Shown: piece after piece, positions 18,589 through 27,454 of the stretch
Numbering within the stretch: position 1 is the stretch's first letter
How the letters are laid out: each line of letters opens with the position of its first letter
Origin: an uncultured cyanobacterium
GTDB lineage: Bacteria > Cyanobacteriota > Cyanobacteriia > Phormidesmidales > Phormidesmidaceae
Assembly (NCBI GenBank): GCA_963793265.1
Contig: CAWBZI010000001.1
Location: 192,001-256,000 of the forward strand
Direction: 5' to 3'
DNA: 64,000 nt
Position numbers and translations under genes: made by a program
The notes under the pieces: generated by a model
Told to the model about the DNA's origin: nothing
The model's database searches: none
What the model saw: the letters and a program-made list of their open reading frames with translations, nothing else

Positions 18589-20129
18589 CCTAGTCGCTCT
18601 ATCAAATGGTCGCCTACGCGCATAGCGTTAGCCATGATGGTGAGAGAAGGGTTAACGGCGGCGCTAGAAGGGAAGAAGCTGCCGTCTACAACATAGAGGT
18701 TGTCTATATCGTGGGTTTTGCAGTGGGTGTCTAGTACGGAGGTAGCTGGATCGGTGCCGAAGCGACAGGTGCCGACCTGATGGGCGATCGCACCAATCGG
18801 CAAAATCTTACTAAAATACCAGGACACCGGCAGCACGCTACCTTCATTGTCCACGTCCTGAACGACCTTAATCCACCGCTTAATCAGCCGCTTAAACGCC
18901 TTCATATTATTGGGCTCATACTTCAAAGTAATCTGCCCATCTTTTACCATCACCCGGTTCTCAGCATCCGGGGCATCCTCACCCGTGAGCCACCAGTCCA
19001 CCGTCCGCTTCGCCGCCACCCGCAGCGCCCAGGTCGGCGCAATCTTCGGCACATCTAGCGCCAGCATTCGATGGTTCACCTTGCCGAGTAGCTGAACGTG
19101 GCCCATCGGATAGTCAAAGCCAGGCTCGCCCCAATAGTAATCGTTAATCGCCAAAGTCTTTTGGAACACGCTGTCATTTTCTTTCAGAGAAAGTCCAACA
19201 ATCGCTGCTGCCAAATGCTTCATAAAATTGCGGCCCACCTGATCCGAACTGTTGGCAAGTCCATTCGGATGCTGTTCATTAGCAGACTTTAGTAGCAGCG
19301 CCGCAGAATTTACCGCACCACAGGCAACAACAACAATATCGCCCGAGAAAGTCTGCGTTTCGCCATTAATTTCAGCTTCTACGCCCGTAATCTCTTTCCC
19401 CGACTCGCTCGTATGCAGCTTGTTTACCTTCGCCTCAGTAATCAGCCGAACGTTGGCATTCCCCATCGTAGGCCGAATACAGTTCACATCCGCATCAGAT
19501 TTGGCATCAATAAAGCAGGGAAAGCCATCGCAGGTATTACAGCGAATGCACTCACTTAAAAAAGCATCTTTTTCATTGAGCTTCACCGACAGCGGCAGAT
19601 AAAAAGGATTAAGCCCTTTCTTTTGTAGCGCTTTATCCATCCAGGCAATTCGCGGCTCATGGCTCACAGGCGGATAGGCATAGTCAGCGCTGCGCGGCGG
19701 CTCAGTCGGGTCATCACCTTGTTTGCCGTGCACCTGATACAGTTTCTCAGCCTGTTCGTAGTAGGGCGCAAAGTCGTTATACTTCAGCGGCCAGGCGGGT
19801 GATATGCCTTCACTCAGCCTCACTTCGTCAAAGTCTTCTTCTCTTAAGCGAAACAGCGCACCGCCGTAGACTTTGGTATTGCCACCGACCCAATAGCCGA
19901 TGCCCGGATTAATATCGTTACCGTCTCTATCGGCCCACACCTCATTGGTTTGGTAGCGGCCATCTCGAAACACAGCGTCCGTGCTCCAGTTCGCTTTTTC
20001 TTTCGGTAAAAAGGAGCCGCGTTCTAGCACCAGCACTTTTTTACCGCTAGGCGCTAACCGATGGGCTAACGTACCGCCACCCGCGCCCGTGCCAATGATA
20101 ATCACGTCGTAATGTTCGGCTGCGGTCAT
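18585..20129 (-). CDS. GMC family oxidoreductase
   Basis: YDVIIIGTGAGGG, VGGNT, CIRCNTCDGFPC, HQVGTCRFG, NLYVVDGSFFPS..AVNPSLTIMANA. Confidence 0.95.
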   Translation of the reverse strand: MTAAEHYDVIIIGTGAGGGTLAHRLAPSGKKVLVLERGSFLPKEKANWSTDAVFRDGRYQTNEVWADRDGNDINPGIGYWVGGNTKVYGGALFRLREEDFDEVRLSEGISPAWPLKYNDFAPYYEQAEKLYQVHGKQGDDPTEPPRSADYAYPPVSHEPRIAWMDKALQKKGLNPFYLPLSVKLNEKDAFLSECIRCNTCDGFPCFIDAKSDADVNCIRPTMGNANVRLITEAKVNKLHTSESGKEITGVEAEINGETQTFSGDIVVVACGAVNSAALLLKSANEQHPNGLANSSDQVGRNFMKHLAAAIVGLSLKENDSVFQKTLAINDYYWGEPGFDYPMGHVQLLGKVNHRMLALDVPKIAPTWALRVAAKRTVDWWLTGEDAPDAENRVMVKDGQITLKYEPNNMKAFKRLIKRWIKVVQDVDNEGSVLPVSWYFSKILPIGAIAHQVGTCRFGTDPATSVLDTHCKTHDIDNLYVVDGSFFPSSAAVNPSLTIMANAMRVGDHLIERLG

Positions 20130-20178
20130 AGCTTTAGTCCTAGAGAGTTGAGAACGAAGTCAGCAAAAAAGGGAGTGC

Positions 20179-21045
20179 TTAGATTCTTCTTTTATACGCT
20201 TTTAGTGTCAATGGGCCGAAGGTAATAAACAGTACCAGGCTCCAGGCTAGCGTAACTAATACTAATCTCATGGCAGGCTCACCGCTCGCCAAGGCTCGCA
20301 TTGCTTCAGAGATGGTGGAAACGGGGTTGAGGGTGACAAAGCCTAAGGCCCAGTCGGGAAAGCCTTCTTTGGGGACGTAGCCGACGCTCATGAAGGTGAA
20401 GGGCAAAATCCAGGGATTCATGATGGCGGAGATGGTTTCGGATGATTTTGCACCGACGGCGATGTAGAGGGCGACTAAGGCGATCGCTAATGTAAACACA
20501 GTCGGCAGCAGGAAAAAGCCAATCGCGCCCATCAGCCCACCGTAAAAGCGAAAGCCCACTAGATAGCCTGCCAAAACAATGCCGCTAATTTGAAAGAGCA
20601 CGCGCACGGCAGCAGCTAGGAGTCTTCCGCCCACTGCGGCGAGCCGGGCAATGGGCATGGCCCGCAGGCGCACGTCTCTACCGCTGCTGAGATCGTCGTA
20701 AAAAATGCTGCCAATATTAACGGTGGTAAAAATCAGCCCTTGAATGAGTGTGAACGGCAGTAAAAACTGGGCATAGCTGCTGTAGCTTTCGCCGGGCGCA
20801 ACGACTTTGGCAAAGCTGGCGGTAAATACCAGGAATAAGGACACCGGGAAGGCGGTAGACACGAGGATTTCGGCGGGGTTGCGAAAGTCTAGCAGGAGGT
20901 TGCGCCGGGCGATGGTAAGGATGTCGTTGAGCGATCGCCCCCATCCGCCCTCACGCCGCGCGGCTACCATCGCCGCAATCGAGTCTTGGTCAAGCTTTTC
21001 TGGTGTCATGGCGTCCGAGGGCATAGCGTCTAAGGTCATATTCAA
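20179..21045 (-). CDS. ABC-2 type transporter permease (DrrB/DrrC-like)
   Basis: Six TM segments, RLRAMPIAR, FMSVGYVP..FPDW..LNPVS. Confidence 0.88.
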   Translation of the reverse strand: MNMTLDAMPSDAMTPEKLDQDSIAAMVAARREGGWGRSLNDILTIARRNLLLDFRNPAEILVSTAFPVSLFLVFTASFAKVVAPGESYSSYAQFLLPFTLIQGLIFTTVNIGSIFYDDLSSGRDVRLRAMPIARLAAVGGRLLAAAVRVLFQISGIVLAGYLVGFRFYGGLMGAIGFFLLPTVFTLAIALVALYIAVGAKSSETISAIMNPWILPFTFMSVGYVPKEGFPDWALGFVTLNPVSTISEAMRALASGEPAMRLVLVTLAWSLVLFITFGPLTLKAYKRRI

Positions 21046-21884
21046 AGCTGCTTATAAAGTCGAACCGACCAGAGCCCTAAGCCTATCCATAGCGCCACGA
21101 GCCACAGAAAGCTAGCTACAAAAAGCTCACCGCTTGCCGTACTGCCATCGACTAAAGCCCGCAACGCATCGCAGGTAACGCTCACCGGCTGATAGCGCAC
21201 AATTGGCTGTAGCCAGCTTGGAAAATTTTCGGTCGGGCTAAAGCCATTGCTGAGCAGTAGCAGCGGCGTGTAAGGAATAATGGCGACTGAATTTACCAGC
21301 GATGGATTGCGAAGCTTGAGCGCAAGGACGCTGTAGCCGGTAATGCAAGTGGTGGTAAATAGCGTGACCAGAATGAAGTAAGCCAGGAAGGCGAGCGACC
21401 CGCCGTAGAAGCGAAAGCCTAGCAGACAGGCGACTGCGAGCAAAATCACGGTCGCCAGTAATGCTCTTACCATGTAGGCCAGCACCAGCCCAGCCACCAC
21501 GGCCACGCGCGAAATTGGCATGGCCCGGCAGCGTTCCATCATGCCGGTTTCAATGTCGGTAGCGAGCATTACCGCTGAGCCAAACCCAGCGAAAAATAGC
21601 GTCTGCAAGTTGATTACGGGCACTAAATACTGGATATAGACCACGCCTTGAGCAGCCATCAGCTTTTGGCCGACGATCCAAAAGCCCAAGAGGAAAACCA
21701 TGGGGAAGATAGCGATCGCAACGATCACAATCGGGTTCCGCTTCAGCCGAATTAAATTACGCCAGGTAATCAACAGGCTGTCATCAATCGCCCTGCGCCA
21801 TCCCGTCTCCTGACGCTGAGCGATCATCTGCTGAGCTAGCTCGGCCACATCGTAAGTAGAAGGCATAGAAAATAAAAGAGCCAT
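21042..21884 (-). CDS. ABC-2 type transporter permease (DrrB-like)
   Basis: ITWRNLIRLKRNP, DIETGMMERCRAMPISR, LSNGFSP..FPSWLQPIVRYQPVS; ATGA overlap with the next permease. Confidence 0.9.
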   Translation of the reverse strand: MALLFSMPSTYDVAELAQQMIAQRQETGWRRAIDDSLLITWRNLIRLKRNPIVIVAIAIFPMVFLLGFWIVGQKLMAAQGVVYIQYLVPVINLQTLFFAGFGSAVMLATDIETGMMERCRAMPISRVAVVAGLVLAYMVRALLATVILLAVACLLGFRFYGGSLAFLAYFILVTLFTTTCITGYSVLALKLRNPSLVNSVAIIPYTPLLLLSNGFSPTENFPSWLQPIVRYQPVSVTCDALRALVDGSTASGELFVASFLWLVALWIGLGLWSVRLYKQL

Positions 21885-22130
21885 GGAAAAAATAGGCCAT
21901 CCAGAGTGTAGGCCAAAAAACTATCGAAAATCCAGGTTCGATTGAGGGGCGATCACCTGCATTCGGGCTGCGATCGCTTGCATTCGTTGTTTGAGGTTGC
22001 GGGCGGGTAAGTTAATAGCACGCTGAGCAAACAATCAATCTTGATATCGGCCATCTCGATTGATATCAGGCGCGCCGTTAAAAGTTCTCAGCATTGGGTG
22101 CTTTTTGATGGATATTTCTGGACTATAGCT

Positions 22131-23096
22131 ATGTTGAGAATTGCGATCGCAAAAACCCCTGAGCTAGTAGACGAAGTGCTCAAGCTGCGCCACCAGGTAT
22201 GGGGCGACGTGTGGGATGACGTTTGGGCCGATCAGCCCGATCAGCTTGTGCAAACCGATCCGACTCGCCTGATGGATCGGTTCGACACCTTCCCCTCCAC
22301 CACGCACATCGTTGCCATGGAGCAAACCCACCTGATCGGCAGCCTGCGCCTCACCCTCAACACATCCGCCGGAACCCCTGTCAGCGAGCTATACCATCTC
22401 AAGAGTACGCCGCCACCCGGACGCGTGCTCCTAAGCTGCGATTTACACTGCATTCACCCTTCCCATAGCGAGTCTTCAACTGCTGCTCAAACCACGTTGG
22501 GGCTAATGCTGATGGCTTGCTACGTCGGCATCAGCCAGCAGGTTACTCATATTGTCGCCTCTGTTCATCCTAAGAACGTCAGCCTGCTAGAGGGAATTGG
22601 GTTTCAGGTAATGGCCCATAAGATTACTCAAACCGCCGAAAAGCTCGATCATATTCCACTGATATTAAATATTAAAAGAGATCTTAAAGATGCATTTATG
22701 GAATTCTCTGAGCGCAACGAACTACAAGAGCTGATGCACTCGTACGGATGCGTACTCTATAGACCCGGAGAATCTATCTTGAGAGCAGGAACAACAGGCG
22801 ACTGCGCCTTTGTGATTGCCGATGGAGAAGTAGAAGTCAAGCACGCTGGCTCTCAAGCGGCAGTCGATACCATGGGCGTCGGTGAAGTGTTTGGCGAGCT
22901 AGCGCTATTAACAAATCAGGTACGCTCAGCAGACATTATCGCGAAAACTGAAGTGCGAGCAATGATCTTAGAAAAGTCTGTTTTTGTTGATCACCTCATG
23001 TCTGAGCCTAAAGTTGCGCTTAAGCTACTGACCAGCATGGGCCATCGTATGAAGCACCTGATCGATTATTGCAATACGCAAGAGATTAAAGCATAA
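22131..23096 (+). CDS. GNAT-fold acyltransferase (FeeM N-acyl amino acid synthase/LuxI-like) fused to a C-terminal cyclic-nucleotide-binding domain
   Basis: N-term RIAIAKT..VLKLRHQV..DRFD..THIVA..IGSLRLTL..GTP; C-term GDCAFVIADGEVEV..GEVFGELALL..RSADI (phosphate-binding cassette); ATG 22131 preferred to TTG 22041. Confidence 0.8.
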   Translation: MLRIAIAKTPELVDEVLKLRHQVWGDVWDDVWADQPDQLVQTDPTRLMDRFDTFPSTTHIVAMEQTHLIGSLRLTLNTSAGTPVSELYHLKSTPPPGRVLLSCDLHCIHPSHSESSTAAQTTLGLMLMACYVGISQQVTHIVASVHPKNVSLLEGIGFQVMAHKITQTAEKLDHIPLILNIKRDLKDAFMEFSERNELQELMHSYGCVLYRPGESILRAGTTGDCAFVIADGEVEVKHAGSQAAVDTMGVGEVFGELALLTNQVRSADIIAKTEVRAMILEKSVFVDHLMSEPKVALKLLTSMGHRMKHLIDYCNTQEIKA

Positions 23097-23126
23097 AGGT
23101 CGCTTGCTAATAAACACAGTCACACT

Positions 23127-26100
23127 ATGCCCAACACATATGGCCTTTCGCTGGCATTCATAACGCCTGCTTTGACCGCTACAGTAGGGCTACTGCCAGC
23201 TCAGGCAGAGTCGATCATAGCCGCGCCTGATGGCACCGGGACGGTGATTGTTCAACAGGGCACACAGTTTGATATTGAGCAGGGCAGCTTTTCAGACGAT
23301 GGCGCTAATCAGTTTCACAGCTTTGAGCTGTTTTCTTTAGAAGCCGGGGAGCTAGCAAATTTTATAGCGCCCGCTGACGTTCAGAACATTGTCGCAAAAA
23401 TTAGCGACAGTGCGCCTTCAGTGATAAACGGCCAGCTACAGGTGTCAGCAAACGGCGGCGTGCCTGATGTGTATTTACTGAATCCTGCGGGCGTGCTTTT
23501 GGGGCCTAATGTCAGTCTAAATTTGCCTGCTAGTTTAACCATATCAACGGCGGATAGCATTGGGTTTGAAAACGGTTGGTTTGGCGGGGTTGACACAGGC
23601 AATCTTGGAGATTTGAGCGGTACGCCTACAGGTGAATTTGCCTTTTTGAGTGAAGAAAATGGAGCGCGTGGGGCGATCGCTAACCAGGGCACCCTATCGC
23701 TCACACCCGGCGCGAGCCTGTCGCTAATCGGCACCTCAATTACCAACACAGGCACAATATCCACGCCAGGCGGAAATATCACCCTAGCCGCTGTACCCGA
23801 AGAAAGTGTTGTTAAGCTCAGCAGGCAAAATAGCCTGCTGTCTTTAGAGCTAAGCGTGCCAGCCGGTTCAAACAACACGCTTTCCTTACTCGAACTGCCT
23901 GAGCTGCTTACCCATAGTGAGCGATCGCACGCTACCGAACTGATTACAAATCTCGATGGCTCTGTCAGCTTAGTCAATGCGGCCGCAAACAGTGTTGTAG
24001 CATCAGGCTCGCTGTCTGTTGAGAGTGAAACAGGGGTTGGTGGCGGTGTGGTGGTGGTGGGCGATCGCATCAATCTACAATCTGCCACCCTATCCGCATC
24101 CGGGCTCACAGGCGGCGGCACCGTCCGCATCGGCGGTAACACCAGAGGTCAGCGCGGTCTACCAACAGCTTCCTACACTCGTATTGATTCAAATACTTCT
24201 ATTGCAGCCGACGCCCTTCAGAGCGGGCAGGGTGGACAGGTTTCAGTCTGGGCCGACGATACCACACAGTATCTAGGCACAACGACCGCAACTGGCGGCG
24301 AACTTGACGGAGACGGCGGGTTTGTTGAAGTATCAGGCAAAAGAAACCTTTTTTTTGACGGCGTTGTCGATACGCGTGCCCCACAGGGTCAAACCGGATC
24401 GCTACTGCTCGACCCTGAAAACATTCTCATCATCAACGGCGCTTCAGCCCCAGACGACGATCAAATCACAGATGCCACCATCCTCGCCGCAGAAGGCGAC
24501 GGCCTCTTCACCATTGCCGAACGCACCCTAGCTAAGATATCCAGCCTCACGGATGTCACGCTAGAAGCCACTAACAACATCACCGTAGGCGTACTACAAG
24601 ACCAAACGCTCACCTTCGCGCCTAGCACCATATCTGGCACGCCTATTCCAAGCGGCGCTATCACGCTTAGAGCCGATGCGGACGGCGACGGCGCAGGCGA
24701 TTTCATCATGACTGATCCTGACACCATACTGATAGCGCCAGGCCGAGACGTTTCTATCTCAGGTGCCAACTTACAGCTAGGCGATCTCAATACAGCCGCA
24801 CTGTTTCAAGCGGGCAATATCACCCTTACAGCGAGCGGTTCGGTAACCACAGGCGATATTGACGCTCATGCCCCCCAGTCCAACAGTCAGGGCGGCAACG
24901 TTAGTATCACAGCCGCCGATATTACAACACGAAACATTCTTACTGACAGTCCTGCGCAAGCAGGCAACGTCTCGCTAATCGGTCAAATCGGCAGCATCAC
25001 CACAGGCGAAATTTCAGCCGCATCGCTCAATGGCCAGAATGGATTGATAGACCTCGCCTCGCCCGGCAGTATTTCAGTCGGTGGAGAAGTGATCCAAGCA
25101 CCACAGCCGCAAACGCCACCAGAATCTACGCCAGGAACACCACCAGATTTGTCACCAGAAGTACCAGCGACGCCAGCAATACCAGAAGTACCAGGCGAAA
25201 CGATAGGCGAAGCTGCCCTTGGTAATGCTGGGCTGACGGTTGGTTCACGTCAAACACTAGGTAGCTCAAACTCGGCTGGAGCAAGCGGCGGCGGTAGTGG
25301 GTTTGCTGGGCTAGGTGGCTTAGTCGGCGGCGGTGATGACGATGCTTCAGGGAGTAAAGGCGGTGGGAGCGTGGTGCTAAGTGAAGCGGAGGCTAATGAG
25401 GCGATCGCACAAATTGAAGGCGATCGCACCCAAACCTTCTCTAACTACTTTGGCCGCACCCTCGAATCCACTGAAAGGAACCTGGCCGATATTAAACAGC
25501 TCCTTACAGATGTAGAAGCCGAGAGTGGCAACCAATCAGCGTTTGTCTACGTAAAAGCGCCTGCTGCACGTCCAGACGGCACCGAAAGCCCCCTAGAGCT
25601 GATGCTAATAACCGCTCGCAGTGCGCCCGTGAAAATAACAATTCCCGAAGTCAAAAGCGCTGAACTGCTCAAAACAGTCTCAACCTTCCGCGACGACATG
25701 CTCACCTCTGTAAGGAGAGGCGGCACCCCTTATCTCACCTCAGCCCAACAGCTCCATCAGTGGCTCATCGACCCGATTGAAGCGGCCCTGCAAAACGAAC
25801 CGGGCGTTGATACGCTGGCATTCGCCATGGACGCTGGGTTGAGAACAATTCCGATCGCTGCGCTGCATGACGGAGAACAGTTTTTAGTTGAAAAATACAG
25901 CGTTGGCGTGTTGCCCTCACTGGGCTTAGTCGATCCGCACTACGCTTCCTTGCAGAACGCCCAGGTCATCGCCATGGGTGCCAGTGAGTTTGCCCGGCAA
26001 GATCCTCTACCGGCTGTGCCGCTCGAACTAAATCGCATCGATCAGCTTTGGCCCAGCGCTACGTTCTTAAACGAAAAATTCACCCGACAAAATCTCATCC

Positions 26101-26663
26101 AGCAGCGCGCCCAAACGCCCTACAACATTATTCACTTAGCCACACATGCCGACTTCAACCCAGGCAGCATCGACAATTCCTACGTTCAGCTTTGGGACGA
26201 AAAGCTCCCGCTCAGCGAACTAAAGCAGCTCGGGTGGAACTCTCCAGCCGTAGATTTACTTGTCCTTTCGGCCTGTAGTACGGCAGTGGGTAGCCCAGAA
26301 GCTGAACTCGGTTTTGCCGGGCTTGCCTTGGCCTCGGGCGTACGATCTGCTGTTGCGAGCCTGTGGTCGGTAGACGATGCCGGGACGCTGGCGCTGATGA
26401 GTGAGTTTTACCGGCAGCTAGCAATTATGCCGACGAAAGTAGAGGCATTGAGGGCTGCTCAGCTAGCCCTGCTGAACGGTCAGATGAACGGCCATCTTGA
26501 TAGAGAAGAAGATCCTGCAAGCGGACAACTACTGAATGGAGATATAGACGGAGGCAGTGAAAACGCACTTACGCACTCATTTGAGGCGGGTACTTTAAAA
26601 GACACAGACTTCTCTCATCCTTACTACTGGTCGGGCTTCACGATGATCGGGAGTCCGTGGTAA
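23127..26663 (+). CDS. Filamentous haemagglutinin (TPS)-domain exoprotein with C-terminal CHAT caspase-like protease domain
   Basis: Signal peptide (LPAQA), NQFHSFELF, VYLLNPAGVLLG; GGFVEVSG/GSLLLDP repeats; CHAT IHLATHA (His) and LVLSAC (Cys), ASLWSVDD, HPYYWSGFTMIGSPW. Confidence 0.92.
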   Translation: MPNTYGLSLAFITPALTATVGLLPAQAESIIAAPDGTGTVIVQQGTQFDIEQGSFSDDGANQFHSFELFSLEAGELANFIAPADVQNIVAKISDSAPSVINGQLQVSANGGVPDVYLLNPAGVLLGPNVSLNLPASLTISTADSIGFENGWFGGVDTGNLGDLSGTPTGEFAFLSEENGARGAIANQGTLSLTPGASLSLIGTSITNTGTISTPGGNITLAAVPEESVVKLSRQNSLLSLELSVPAGSNNTLSLLELPELLTHSERSHATELITNLDGSVSLVNAAANSVVASGSLSVESETGVGGGVVVVGDRINLQSATLSASGLTGGGTVRIGGNTRGQRGLPTASYTRIDSNTSIAADALQSGQGGQVSVWADDTTQYLGTTTATGGELDGDGGFVEVSGKRNLFFDGVVDTRAPQGQTGSLLLDPENILIINGASAPDDDQITDATILAAEGDGLFTIAERTLAKISSLTDVTLEATNNITVGVLQDQTLTFAPSTISGTPIPSGAITLRADADGDGAGDFIMTDPDTILIAPGRDVSISGANLQLGDLNTAALFQAGNITLTASGSVTTGDIDAHAPQSNSQGGNVSITAADITTRNILTDSPAQAGNVSLIGQIGSITTGEISAASLNGQNGLIDLASPGSISVGGEVIQAPQPQTPPESTPGTPPDLSPEVPATPAIPEVPGETIGEAALGNAGLTVGSRQTLGSSNSAGASGGGSGFAGLGGLVGGGDDDASGSKGGGSVVLSEAEANEAIAQIEGDRTQTFSNYFGRTLESTERNLADIKQLLTDVEAESGNQSAFVYVKAPAARPDGTESPLELMLITARSAPVKITIPEVKSAELLKTVSTFRDDMLTSVRRGGTPYLTSAQQLHQWLIDPIEAALQNEPGVDTLAFAMDAGLRTIPIAALHDGEQFLVEKYSVGVLPSLGLVDPHYASLQNAQVIAMGASEFARQDPLPAVPLELNRIDQLWPSATFLNEKFTRQNLIQQRAQTPYNIIHLATHADFNPGSIDNSYVQLWDEKLPLSELKQLGWNSPAVDLLVLSACSTAVGSPEAELGFAGLALASGVRSAVASLWSVDDAGTLALMSEFYRQLAIMPTKVEALRAAQLALLNGQMNGHLDREEDPASGQLLNGDIDGGSENALTHSFEAGTLKDTDFSHPYYWSGFTMIGSPW

Positions 26664-26722
26664 TTGAGGGCATGAGAGGGATTCAATGATTTTAGAGTCC
26701 TGTTTTAAGAGGCAACGCACCC

Positions 26723-27448
26723 GTGATAAACCTTAAGTTACCGCTGTTGATAACGGCTACTTTGCTACTGAGCACTTTGCCTGGCTATAGTCTAGAGTTT
26801 CCAAGAACTAGCGATCGCGGTGCTCCTTCTCGGACAGCCAGCGGCGGCACTCGGGGCGATCGCTGTCAGCTCCCTGCTAACAAACGCATCAGCGCCCTAG
26901 TACCCCGAAATAACATCAGCACGTTCACTAGCACCCAGGCCAGCCTTTGGCTACGCATTCCTACAGAACTCAGCCAAAAAAGAGCTGAAATCTTCGTTCA
27001 AAATCCTGAAACTTTCGAGATTGTCTACCAGCAGCAGTTTCTCTTATCAGACCTTGAAACTGGCATTTCAAAGATAGATCTACCGACTACGAATAACGAA
27101 GGAACCGCGCTATTAGCTATTGGGCAAGACTATTTTTGGGAGTTTGCAGTCATCTGCGACGCCTCCGATCGCACTAGAGATCATATTGCTCAAGGATTTG
27201 TACATAAACTCGAAACAACAGAAGCTTTTGAAGAAAAGCTTGAAACCCTTACACCCAGTCAGCAGGCCGAGCAGTACGCTGAAGCTGAAATCTGGCAAGA
27301 GACTTTAGAGTTAGCCTTGCAAACAAGAGCTGGTGACCCAACAGCATGGGCGCAGCTACTTGATTCTGTAGGACTCAACTTTTTGGCTGATGAACCCGAG
27401 GCTAACGACATCCTTTTAGACTGCTGTCAGCCTAGCGAGCCCAGCTAA
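26723..27448 (+). CDS. DUF928 family exported protein
   Basis: Signal peptide; GAPSRTASGGTRG..C, ALVP, YFWEFAVICD..DR, YAEAEIWQETL, WAQLLDSVGL; GTG start. Confidence 0.88.
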   Translation: MINLKLPLLITATLLLSTLPGYSLEFPRTSDRGAPSRTASGGTRGDRCQLPANKRISALVPRNNISTFTSTQASLWLRIPTELSQKRAEIFVQNPETFEIVYQQQFLLSDLETGISKIDLPTTNNEGTALLAIGQDYFWEFAVICDASDRTRDHIAQGFVHKLETTEAFEEKLETLTPSQQAEQYAEAEIWQETLELALQTRAGDPTAWAQLLDSVGLNFLADEPEANDILLDCCQPSEPS

Positions 27449-27454
27449 AAGATT

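Noticed and set aside
23381..24142. 253-aa minus-strand ORF
   Set aside because: Pro/Ser/Thr-rich antisense shadow of the Gly-rich haemagglutinin gene
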